A stretch of DNA of 64,000 nt from the NCBI RefSeq assembly GCF_009914755.1, contig NC_060934.1. One strand, 5' to 3'. Shown here one piece after another: positions 1 through 12,730 of this stretch. Positions within the stretch are counted from its first letter, which is position 1. Each line of letters begins with the position of its first letter. The notes under the pieces were generated by a model. That model had not been told where the DNA came from and did no database searches. It saw nothing but the letters and a program-made list of their open reading frames with translations. The stretch comes from the human T2T-CHM13v2.0 reference genome, Homo sapiens. Position numbers and translations under genes: made by a program.

Positions 1-974
1 GGGCATTGGGCTGGTAGTATCAGAAGGCTGAAGTTTTCCGGGACCAAGAGTGAAAACAGGTCAACATAAATGCATGCCCAGCAAGGCAGTGCTCAGCCAC
101 AGGTGGCACTGTGAACTGGCAAGAAAACAGCTCCAAGGACAGTGCTATCTGAGATTCGCATGATGTATAACTCCAGGAAGAAAATGGAAAGCCGTAATTG
201 GCAGGTTAGAAAATCCACTTACATGAAGAGGAGAGTATAACGGAATTCTGTAGCATCATCAGGACTGCTTAGAGTTGTTCAATTGTGTAGTAGACTTACA
301 GTTGTTTTGCTAAGTCTATTAAAATCATTGGCATCGCTTTTTTTTTTTTTTTGAAGTAGGAAACCATTTACATATTGTAGTGCTTAAGTGCATGTCTTCA
401 GCATCACAAATCAAAATATTGGTGAAAACTTGCCTCACCTTACCTTTGGCTCTGGAGAGATATTCCACATGGGTGAGGTGTGTGTCATCATGCTCCAGGC
501 TTTAAAGCAAGCATCATGCTGGGGGCTGGCTGGAGAGAAGGGAGTTTCAGCCATCTTCCTGCCCACAGATCCCTCTTGCATTTTTTTTTAATAGATGGGA
601 TGTAGGCATATTTTTAGGGTCTAGAATGAGTCAATATGCTCGGCTTCCTCAGGAAAAAAAAAAAGTGAAACTTGATAGATTCATTTTAGGAATCAATTGG
701 TATTGGCTTTTTATATTTTGCTTAAGATTTTTGTTGAAAAAGATAGACTAGCAAAGGAGAAAATAGCTACTTTTCAAGTGGGATTTCCTAAAAGCAGAGG
801 AATAAAAATAAGGGAAAGTTCAAGACGGCTAACTAAGCAAAATATCCACGTCTCTCTTCTTTTGCCTTCTTCTTGGAATTGTGCAGGGGTTGTACAGAGA
901 ATTGCTGGAATTCCACCCCTATGGTATAGTGAGTTTGAGGTCTCAATTTCCACATTAAAAAGTCAAGAATATAC

Positions 975-1130
975 AAGTCAAACATGTTCAAGAATGTTCA
1001 TAACAGGTTTATCTATATCTGTTCCAAACGGGAAATAATCCAAATACCAGTCAACAGTAGATAAAGATTTCTTGGTTCTTCGTATAGTGGAATACTAGAC
1101 AGCAACCCAAAAGCACTAACTGCTGATGCA
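975..1130 (+). mobile_element. Old L1M 3' fragment
   Basis: CAAGAATGTTCATAACAG...CCAAACGGGAAATAATCCAAATACCAGTCAACAGTAG resembles L1M ORF2-end/3'UTR sequence. Confidence 0.6.
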
Positions 1131-1710
1131 TGCTTTGGCATGGAGGGCTTCTACAAAGGTGCAGAACAAAGGAAGCCAGACGCCCAGTGTTTATGACATG
1201 ATTCCCTTTAGATGAAGTCCAAGAATGCGACAAAGTTATCAATGGTGGAAAATATCAGAATGGGGATTACCTTTGAGGCATACTCGTTGCCCGGGACCAC
1301 AGCAACTTCACTGGTGCTGGATCATTCTGTCTCTTGCACTAGTTGCTTATGCAGTTTTCCACCTATATAGAAATTCATGGAGATGCTTCCTGTCTCAGTG
1401 TGACCTCATTTGTCTGAGCATCATCACTGTGTCATTGCAATGTCCACATGCATGCTCCCCAATAACCCTTACCCCTCAGTGAACCAGTGTATCTGTCAGT
1501 GTGATTAACCTGTATCCTCTCCAGTGTGCAAGGCAGGAGAAGAGAAAAGTGTCTCCAAACTAGCAACTGCAGAAGAGGAGCCTTCCAGTTTAGCTACACA
1601 GCAGAACTTCCTTCTTTAGGAGACTGCCGATGAAACGCCTGCCCTCCCAACTGTCCGATGTCGCTGTGACAGAGCTCGCTATGGACGTGAATTTTTCTTT
1701 CCCATGTCTT

Positions 1711-2528
1711 TGTTACACAAAAGCGGTCCCGATCCAGATCCCAAGAGAGGGTTCCCGGATCTCACACAAGAAAGAACACAGGGCGAGTCCACTGTGCAAA
1801 GTGAAAACAAGTTTATTAAGAGAATAAAGTAGTGAAAGAACAGCTACTCCATAGACAGAGTGGGACATTCCCAAAAGTAAGAGGAGGAATGCGTCCAGCC
1901 TAGGTACAATACTCATATATATGGGGAGCTCTGCTCTGCTACGAGGGTTTGTGATAAAGGATTAAATTTCTTAATTATTATATTTTGCAAGAATCGATAT
2001 TATCTGTTTTCGTTTTTGTTTTTGTTTTTGTTTTGGAGACAGAGTTTCGTTTTGTTGCCCAGGCTAGAGTGGCGTGATGTCAGTTTACTGCAACCTCCAT
2101 CTCCCATGTTCAAGCAATTCTCATGCCTCAGCCTCCTGAGTAACCTGTAACCACGCCTGGCTGATTTTTTGTATTTTAGTAGAAATGAGGTTTCACCATG
2201 TTGCCCAGGCTGGTCTCCAACTCCTCAGCTCAGGCAATCCACCCATCTCAGCCTCCCAAAGTGCTAAGATTACAGGCGTGAGCCACTGCGCCCGATATTA
2301 TTATCTTTAAAGTAAAATTAGGAACGCCTTTGTTCTCAGGATGTCTGGATATTAGGACACTCCCAAGTCTGGGTCTGTTTAGTAAACATCACCAGTGTGT
2401 TCCCTTAACCTTAAACATCTAGAGGTGAGGAATGCCTAACTTTCTAAGAATGCAGCCCAGTAAGTCTCAGCCTCATTTCTCTAGTCCTCACTCAAAATGG
2501 AGTCGCTGTGGTTCGGATGCCTCTGACA
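1711..2528 (-). mobile_element. MER41-family ERV1 solo LTR interrupted by an Alu
   Basis: Begins TGTTAC...GGTCCCGATCCAGATCCCAAGAGAGGGTTC and ends ...AAAATGGAGTCGCTGTGGTTCGGATGCCTCTGACA, the reverse complement of MER41 termini. Confidence 0.85.
2005..2294 (-). mobile_element. AluS with an internal deletion, inserted in the MER41 LTR
   Basis: Antisense Alu body with a (TTTTTG)n tail; GATATTAT-containing TSD-like flanks. Confidence 0.9.
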
Positions 2529-3549
2529 TCTGCATATTCCAAAGAGACTCATAGATGAGCCCAACCTAAGTCTGTGATGGGCAGGTTACACCCGTCAGTT
2601 CAGAAGCTGTGGTAGCAGATCAGCCAGTGCTCAACGCCTACGAGGGAAAAGTAACTCATATCGCCTTCGACCTGTAGGGTCGAGATCATTCCCTTGGGGA
2701 CACTTTAGCCTTGTCTTTCAAGAACAAGACAGACACAATGCTCAAGGTGCCCCAGTGGGGCCTCCTTTTCTGCCGAGAAGCCCTGCAGGAAGGCTTTCTG
2801 CATCATTCCCCTTGTCATATTCTGCTCGAGCCTTCACTCTCCTCTTTCTGGGCTTATTTCTGGTTTAAGACTCTTGCTTTGTGTAAAGCCCCTTGCCCGT
2901 GGCTCTTGCACGGTCCTGGCAGCCGAGCCGTGTTTCCTTCTGGTGGGAACCAGAGCTGTTTCTGAGGTGCTGGTCCATGTTCCAGGGCCATGCCACTCCT
3001 CTGGCTTTCTTTTCCTTTCATGGTAAGAAACTAGAGATGGTTTATTGGCCTGAAATACAAATTTGTTTTGGAAAACCTGAGCATCGTGAGGACTCGTTGA
3101 GATCCCTGGCTTTCTATGATGCATCATTGTGAATCTGATTTATCCACAGAAATGGAAGGTTTTCCTTTTGAAAGAGAGGGAAGTAGCTCTAGGTTTTTGT
3201 TTTTTTCTAATGCTCCCTGCAACTGAGGCAGTGATGTATGGGAATAAGGAAGAGCAGGCGTGCACTCTGGCTCTCCCCTCTCCCCTCACAATCCCTCATT
3301 TTCAGGGCTCTGAGCAAACCCCAAGGCTTTCCCCTCCCAACTGCAGCCTCTCCTTTCTTTTAGGCGGACTCCTGGGGAATGAAACAGAAACCCTTTATTT
3401 TGTTGACCTTTATTTGGTCAGTCTTGGGTGCTGGTTTCTATAGGGTTTCTTACTATCCCATTCTCGTCACTGGGGAGCCAACCTCTTCAGCACAGGTAGA
3501 TGGCTCAATGGGCTTGTCTTAATCCTTGCTGGTAAGGCCACCAGTCTCA

Positions 3550-3933
<384 letters not shown>

Positions 3934-4369
3934 CTAGGACAGGAAGGGGTAAGAATGGATTTCACACTTGAGTTTCCACCCACCAGCGCTGTGTGCTGGT
4001 GCTGGAGCTACTGGCTGCCCTTCCCAGGCCTTCTGCCCCGGTGCACAGGAGGCTTTTCTTTAGGGAGCTGCTGCAGGGAGGCCTGCAGTCTTCTCCCAGC
4101 TGGGGGGTGTAGGAACTTCCTTGTTTGCCCTCCATCCCCACCTTAGGTTCCACAGGCATGGAAGAGGGATGGGGTAAAGGGGAAGGCAAGGAACATGGAA
4201 GCCTCCTTGTTGTACTTTTTTCCTTCCCCAAGCCCTGACTGAATATGAGACTTCGATGAGAATGATGCTCCGCTTCGGTTGTGCGCCTCCAGGGTGGCAG
4301 GTACTCGGTCCATGGTGGATTATATACTTTGGTTCTTACCAGATAACTGGGCACTCAATACTGTTAAAC

Positions 4370-4490
4370 TGTCTCCACAGATGTGGATCAGAGAACGTAA
4401 ATGATCTCTCCAAGGTCACACAGCTAGGAAGGGGTGGAGCCTGGATTCAAATCCAGTTCTGTCTGATGCAACCAGAGGACAGATTCTGAC
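4370..4490 (-). mobile_element. MIR
   Basis: CCAAGGTCACACAGCTAGGAAGGGGTGGAGCCTGGATTCAAATCCAG is the MIR core. Confidence 0.75.
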
Positions 4491-5869
4491 CAAAAATGCC
4501 AACTGCTCATGCCAGGCTCTCAGGAAGCTGATGCTGCGTCCAGGCTGGCTGGAGAGTAGCTTTGACCAGCATTCTTTTGTCGTCATTAGCCGTCCCTCAT
4601 TATCTCACTGTATTAGTTACACTTTGAAATAAAAACAGGCACTGAAACAGCAATATACTCAAATCATTTTGCATTTCGATAGCACTCTAAGCTTCCCCAA
4701 TATAATTTCAGTGATATTCTCACGTTTTCTTCGTTGAATAACAGCTATTAAAATGATTCATCACAATATACGTATCCCATCTATACCACAAGAGGCCACT
4801 TCACACCCTTCTGGTGCCATGTATAATGGCATCGTATTACCATGGCCTTTTGATTATCTTGAACACCTCTTTGGTGCTGTCATTTGCTGAGATTCAGTCA
4901 TAGTGGACAGGATATGTGTTTTTATTTTTTTTAAAGATGACTAACACACTGTGCATATAATTCTAATTACCTACCCTTGACATTTTATGCGCTTAGTGCA
5001 ATAAATTATTTTGCTAGTTTGGTCTAAGAATTGACGACCTGACTTTAGATGTATTTATTTCGCAGCGTGGCTCATGGGTGATGTGATAACAAGCTATGAA
5101 ACATTGGAAAGCAAGCATTTTATTCTTTAACACCAAGTTCCAAATGGGAAAAGTACAGAATTAAAAATAAAAAAATCTCTAGTTATGTTTGATGACCTCT
5201 GAGTTCCTGGAACTGTCAGTTCCATGTTTTCCGTAAACGTTTTTTTTTTTTTCATATTATTGAGTCTTTGGAGAATTAAACAGTCTTCGCTTTAATTGCA
5301 CTGCACGGTAGGGCTGCGGATCTCCCCGTGTCCAATTCACCTAATTTGTGTTTTGGCACATTCTGCAGCTGTGCCATACTCTAAATGTGTGTGCACCCCT
5401 CACTTCGGGGTTCTCATATATTAGTCCACTAACTAAAGTTAAAGTAAAAAATCAAAAACTTATTTTAAGACATTTCTTCCACAATTTTGATTTTTTTTTT
5501 TTTGAGATTCAAAGAAAGGCAGGGAATTTGGCTTGTAAATGTTACTTAATGTTTTTTTCTCTTTTTAGAAACTCCAGTGTCCATAGTTTAAAGTGAATAT
5601 GGCTAGAATGTTGTACAAACGCTCCTGGCTTCATCCACATCCCTGTATCTCGGCAGTCACAGCTCCCTGGCACCTTCTCCCCCTTGCCTGGACGGAGGCC
5701 TCTGAGTGATCTCCTAGGCCTTCCTAGATTGAGAGGGGAAAGGGAAGATCTTAAGATTCCAGAATATTCATTTCATTTAAGCGAGGGAGGCAAATCCTAC
5801 AGAGCTTTTTCCCATTTGTGTTCATTTATTGGCTGTTTCCGTGGATTCGAGAAAGAAACTTGAAAATCT

Positions 5870-6176
5870 GTTTTGTTTTGTTTGGTTTGGTTTTGAGATG
5901 GAGTCTCACTCTGTCACCCAGGCTGGAGTGCAGTGATGTGATGTTGGCTCACTGCAACCTCTGCCTGCCAGGTTCAAGCAATTCTCCTGCCTCAGCCTCC
6001 TGAGTAGCTGGGATTACAGGCATGCACCACCACACCCAGCTAATCTTTGTATTTTTAGTGGACTTAGGGTTTCACCATGTTGGCCAGGCTGGTCTCGAAC
6101 TCCTGACCTCAAGCAATCCACCTGCCTCAGTCTCCCAAAGTGCTGGGATCACTGGCGTGAGCCACCGTGCCTGACC
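5870..6176 (-). mobile_element. AluS
   Basis: Full antisense Alu dimer. Confidence 0.95.
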
Positions 6177-7675
6177 GTTTTTTTAAAAAAAAATAGAGAT
6201 GGGCGTTTGGAAACTGAGTCACTCAAAAGGTGAAGTAGCTTTGTCCCACAGATCTGTTACTCAGTACAAAGTTGAAAGGAAACCTAAATTCATTTTATTT
6301 GTGTTTCCAGTGTGCATCCCAGACATTTGTTTCAGAATTTGTTAAACATTGAAGAAGATCACCTAGGGTTGAGTAGGTAAGAAGTAAATGTGGCTTTGAG
6401 AGGCCGTGATAGCCGATACCCTCAATGGCTGCTCTTGGCCTGTTGGACAAGCCATCCTTGCACATGACTTGCTATCCTATGACCCGCCTCCAGATCAGTC
6501 ACCCTCCCCATTTGACTGTGGGTGGCCTGGCTCTGTTTGATGACCATGAGCAATAAAGTTACCCTTTCATTACCATGCCTTGGGCTATCTGAGCTGGATG
6601 CCCCTAAGTTCTAATAGAAAATAACATTTATTGATGGTTTTTTTTTTTCTTCTCTGAACCCAAATATGACAATGAGGAAATTTATTTTAAAGGTACTGAT
6701 TTTTTCCTTCCCCACAGAGTAAATATTGTCACATGGAACTGCTGATGATACTTCTGAGTCCCTTAAAATAAGACTTGTGATTCATTCACACCATGAAAAT
6801 GGTAGAGAACCAACATCTTCACCTTCAGATTCATACGTTATTGGCTCTTTCCTTTTTGGTCCGTGGGTGTTAATGAACATTTTCACTCTGGAGCTTTCTC
6901 TGCTTCCGACTCCAGCGTGGATGAAGGAGTGCAGCTTCTGGCCTGCCTGGTTCATCCTCTGGGTCTCTCAGCCCTGGGATTTCCACGTTCCATCTCTGTT
7001 GTGGTGGGCGAGTTGCATGATGCATTCGATTTGATATTTTACAGAACCTCTACTGAGAAAATAGGGTAAGCAGATTAAAGCTGAACTCAGACACGTGTTT
7101 GGCAACCACCCACTCTTGATGGCGTAAGTGGATGGAGGCAGGTGGCCACAGCAAACACCATGTGGCTTTACGAAGAAATGTTCCTCTTCCATACGTTAGG
7201 CCTGTGTAAAGTTCCTTGTTGGACTTTTGCTTCTTCGATGACAATACATATTTTGTTAGTATTTAAAGGACATTTTTAAACATTGCTGAAGTGCAATCAG
7301 CTTAAATTGCGATTCATATGACAAGTGTTGAAACAGGGTGATGTTTGCCATGAAATTTAAATAAGCTCCGTTAAAGCAGAAATGTCTATATACCATGTAA
7401 GACACAATGGTCTCCCATAGCCTTCCCCTGTTCTTTACTTCTTGACAAGCATGAATAGTCTCTCTGTTTGAATACAGAGTAGAGTCAGTTATTTTAAAAG
7501 AGTTATCATCTATGGGTATAATGCACTTTAAGCAAACTCTTTACATGCAAGTATGACTTATCAACAAGTAAACCTTACCAAATAAATGCTCATTTTGATT
7601 AAGGCTACCTTCAGATAACCACTGTTTATCATGCACTTAGAGGGATTCAGTTTTCCAAAATAATTTAAAAGGTGA

Positions 7676-8035
<360 letters not shown>

Positions 8036-9230
8036 TACTGTATATTCTTATATATACATGTGTATAAGAATATGCATTTACTTAATACGCTATCAATGTA
8101 CAGAATTGTTTGTTGTGGATTTCTGCACATGTTCCTTGGGTAAGAGAGTCTTGATGTGATTTGCGCTGTGAGAGCAGAACTTAGGTGCTCTATGTTCTCC
8201 AAAGTCCCCCTCCACCTCCTGGATGGCATTTATTCAGTAGAATCCGAGCTCAATAAATAAAGAACCTCGTGTACTTCCCAAAGAGCCAGACACTGTGTTA
8301 GCTGCTTTATACATACATCTCTTAATTTTCATTTTTTGACAACATTATGAACTATGAAATATTGATAGGACATGAAAAATCAAGAGCTGGTCTTACGGAA
8401 TAGTGCAGGATTCCTTCCCTGCTCCATTTTTCAAAGCTTTGCTCCATTGGAACTTAACAATGTGCTGTCTTTCAGTACGTCTGAAGGTCTTTTTCAATTT
8501 AAATCAGTTTATTCCTGTTTTTACCATATCCAGCTCCCTGCTACTCCTAATATAAACAGACTTAGTGGCCTATTAAGTATTTTACTTCTAATGCTTTTGA
8601 GTTTTTTCTTGGCAGTGGAGGTGTAATCTCTCCCAAAACCTGCCTGCACTTCACAGAGAATAGGACCGCAATTGCCAGAAGAAACTGAACCTTTGTGGGG
8701 GAAAAAGAAAAATACAGCCTTCCCTCATTCTCCAGTCTTAATTGAGCTAACTCAATTTATGCCAACCAGTTCTTGCTGGTCATAGTTCTAGAGCTTTATG
8801 AGAATTAAATCCTGATCTCACCTTAATCCTCCTAAAATCTCCGTGAAACTGGGCACTGTTATCAGCACCATTGTGAAATGAGGCAGCAAGTACAGGGCGG
8901 TCCCTAAATGTGACTAAGTCAGGAATCTTATGTAGAAAGCTTACAAGGAAGTTGGGGGGTGATTAGGAATTGTCTCCAGAAATACCAGATAAACAGTTCA
9001 AATTTTAGTGAAGCAAAAGATAGGCATATTTTGGCCTTGTTTAACTTGTACCTGAATGTACCAATAACACTTTTGGAAGACTTGGACGTACTCTTCCTCT
9101 TTTCCCAGGAAAATGGGAGAGTATTCATTCCTGTACATATTGAGAACATGGACAATTCTCACATTTTAGGATTGTCTTAATAGGCAACTGACTTTATTAT
9201 CTACGTGTTGATTGAAAGAATAGCTCATAG

Positions 9231-9463
9231 CAGGTGTTAAAAGTTTTTCCTAAAGAGCTACATTATAAATATTTTGGACTTTGAAGGCCATAACATCGTA
9301 ACATTTCAAAGGTCATGAAAACCCAGCTCTGCTGGTGAAGCAGGGAAGCAGCTGTAGAGAATATGTAGACAAATGGGCAACTACTGAGTTCCAACAAAAC
9401 TTTATTTACAAAACCAGGAGGTGGGCCAGATTTGGTCCACAGGCTATAGTTTTATGACCCCTG
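9231..9463 (+). mobile_element. MER58A (hAT-Charlie MITE)
   Basis: CAGG...CCCTG termini; AAAACTTTATTTACAAAACCAGGAGGTGGGCCAGATTTGG core; 8-bp TSD GCT(C/T)ATAG. Confidence 0.88.
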
Positions 9464-12400
9464 GCTTATAGCATAAGTTGTTGGACAGAATTTTGATACC
9501 ATATGTAGACCCAAATTTTAAGAATGAATTGATGCGTTTGATTGATCACAGGAGAATTCAGTGTTTTTCCCCTTTGCTTCTTACATACGCTAGATTGTAG
9601 GCTCACCCGGCCTCCTCTGCGATTTGGGCAGAATTAGAGCAGTATATCCTATCAAGAATTACTTCTGGCAGGGGATATGGTGAAGGGGCCATTCATCTGT
9701 TAGTATTTGAGTAAGAAACAGTTCCATACAAACAATTGGGAATAGTAATGTCTTTGTCATTGTGAAACGGAAGAATTTTGCTGTCTTAGTTATGGGAATG
9801 CTCCAGTTATGGGAACTAAAGTGCAGTAATTGCTTTAAATGGACGGTCATATATGTTTGGCTCCTTAGTCCAATAATTTTATTCACCACGTTCCCCTGAG
9901 AGAAGACTTGACAAGACAATCCTGGACAGTCAGCATTGGATTTTCATCTCCAGCTGATTGATTTAGTATTTCATGCAACCCAATGGAGTATCTTTGCTGT
10001 AGGGTTTTAATACTGGAGCTATTATGATGACTGATGTAATTTAGTTTCCTGTATTGATGGTTTCCAAACAATTGAGATGAATAGTTAAGTTTCTATAATT
10101 GTTCTCTGTAACCATATGAAAAATGATTATATATTAGCTTAACATGAGTTTTTTCACTAAAATAAAAATCAATAATCAGTTGGTTATCCTTTTGAATATT
10201 ATATTTAATGCCTCAGATTTGAATATTATCAGGAAGCCAAGATTTCAAGACCCCGTTTCATTTTTTTAAAAACATGACAAAATGTGACATAGTGAACATT
10301 GAGATCACTGAGCTTCATTGTGGATTAGCACCCCACTTTCAAATTTGTCAACACGATATCATCTGTTAGATGATATCTAACGTTGAGATGTTCTCTAAGA
10401 TAATAACGTTGAGATATTCTCTAAAGACCTAGGATAAAGTTCTAATTTAATTTCCTATTGCAGTATTTTTGTGTTGCCTGTCATTAAGACTGTGGAGCTT
10501 CCTTATTAATTAAATTTAGTTCACTGTGTATATTGCTACCACTTACCAAGTGGTCGTTAATACAGCCTCTCTTAGGTGATGGCTTTTTGTTTACCTAGCG
10601 ATGAAAAGCTTAACCTACACTGCATTTTTTTCATGTGTGTTTAACCGAAGGAAACATCTTTGAATTTATCTTCTCACTGCATAACTGGAAACACTGAAAT
10701 TTATTTGATGATCCAGAATCAGTTCCTTGGTTTTTAACTTTATTTCCATCCACAACAAGTGGCAGCTTTGAGAAGGTTTCATGTTCTTTACACTGAGATT
10801 CCAGTGGATGAGTCTGAATGTTTAACTCCCAGAAGTTAGGAGAAGATTGAGCTTGCTTTTGGAGTTTAAGAATGAAAATGCAAGTGCATGTGCCTATTTT
10901 AGGGCCTAAGTTGGATTTTCATAAAATAAAGCAAAATCTGAGGTCACCCTGTGTGGGAAAACCTCATCCGAGACTGGAGATTGAAAATAGGAGCAAGGGC
11001 CAGAAGTAGCCGCCTGGAGAGCAGAGCTAAGGACTGGGTGGTGCCTGTGTGTCCTTTGGGCACCTGGTGACTTTCAGGACATCATAGACGCAAGGGTGAG
11101 GGCCCATCTCATCCTTACTGTCAGAGGCAACAGTACAGCCCTGGGGTGTATTTCACATTATACCACTAGAGCTGGGTGCTTAAAGGGCATCATCAAATCC
11201 ATTTTTCTTTCCTTGAGTGGAGGTGCCTTTCATTTGTAAATGATGGATTTGAAAAATGGACAAGTAGTGAAAATGCAGGAAAATGATTCACATCAGTAGG
11301 TGCTCCAGCAGATGTGGAGTAAAAATCAACATGTCCCACAAATGGGCAATTAAAGGTTACACATAGAATTTATGGAAAGAACTTTGGAGTGTCCCAGGGA
11401 TTGCAAAGGTGGTTATAAATGCATGTGCTCACCTCTTCCTGTTAGCACACACACCTAAATACGCAGAATCTCTCAGCAGAGACATTCCGTTGAGAGCCTA
11501 CTTAATAAACCTCATTTTAATTTTATTCACCTTAGTAAGGCTGCAGGAGTTGGTAAGTCCCGTGGACTTGGAGACTTAGGTTAAGGAATTCCAAACTTGA
11601 CTGCTAGGCTGCTGGTACAAATCATCTTTCTCTCTTTCTAGTCACCTGGATACATTATGATGCGATGCCAGACTTCCCCAAAACCCCAATCAAGAAATAA
11701 GAAAAGATTTTTCTCCATTTCCTGGTTCCCTCACAGTGAGAATGAGATTTTTTATGAAGTCTTACATTTGGTGGTTATTGGCCCATTACCTATGGAAACC
11801 GCTGTAAAGACCTCACAGTGCTGCCATCAGCATGCGCTCTGGACTTCGGCGGTGCCACATAAGGTGGCCCCAGTGCTCATCCCAGGAAGAATGGCCCCTG
11901 CTTGTCTCGGCAAATGACTCCCACGGAAGCTGTGGAGAGCCACGAAGGTGGCAGGCGGCATTAGAGGGGCTGTAAAGGGACCGATGCCTGAGAATTTCTT
12001 CTGCAGGATGTAGAACCGTGTGCATTTGGATGATAATGCAGTCAGAGGAGGGCTTCCTGTGATTACGGTGGAATAACTCTCAGGCTGAGCCCGGGAAACC
12101 AGGAAATGCACGTCTACCAGGAGCCGAAGCAGAGGGGTTTCTTTTTCCCTCTTGCTCTGTCTCGTTGAACCTTGGTTCTTCTATCTGTCCCTGAGTCCTG
12201 CCTCTGAGCCACTGCCTGTTCCCTGGGTGGCTCCAGCCATGGACTGCATGGGTGCCAGGCACATAGCTGGTGACTCTGCCCCTCTGGTGAGTGCAGCATG
12301 GCCTCTGCTCTCTCCCCCTGCCTCTTTTTGTTTTCCTTTTCTGAGGGTTCCTCAGCCTCATGAAGTTTAAAGCCTAATGCAGATCCTCTCCCTCCGCTGC

Positions 12401-12595
12401 ATTGTTCTAGGTGTCACTGAATTTCTCCAAAGAGAAAAATAAAAACTCAGAATATTCTTGTGACTGATTTCTGAATGTGACACGTGGCGTAATGACTTAA
12501 ACGTATTACAGCCAGCAGCTCTTGGTATAGGACCCATGATATTTTATTATATTTTGTTTAGCATTTTGTTGTACTTTATTATTTTATTGTCTTTG

Positions 12596-12730
12596 TTTTA
12601 TTTAGAACACTTTATATCCACCCTTTTCACAGAGTTTTAAATGTACGTTACGGTACTGTTAACTCTGGGTACGATGTTGTGCAGCAGATGTCTAGAACTT
12701 ACTCATCTTGTGGAAGTGAAACTGTACAAT
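12596..12730 (-). mobile_element. L1M 3' end fragment
   Basis: GATGTTGTGCAGCAGATGTCTAGAACTTACTCATCTTG is typical of L1MA/MB 3' ends. Confidence 0.7.

Noticed and set aside
94-112. CTCF-like CAGGTGGCAC
   Set aside because: The 5' part of the motif is out of register; too weak to call without data.
6726-7244. Possible processed pseudogene
   Set aside because: No recognisable parent protein, poly-A tail or TSD; kept only as a splice-signal candidate.
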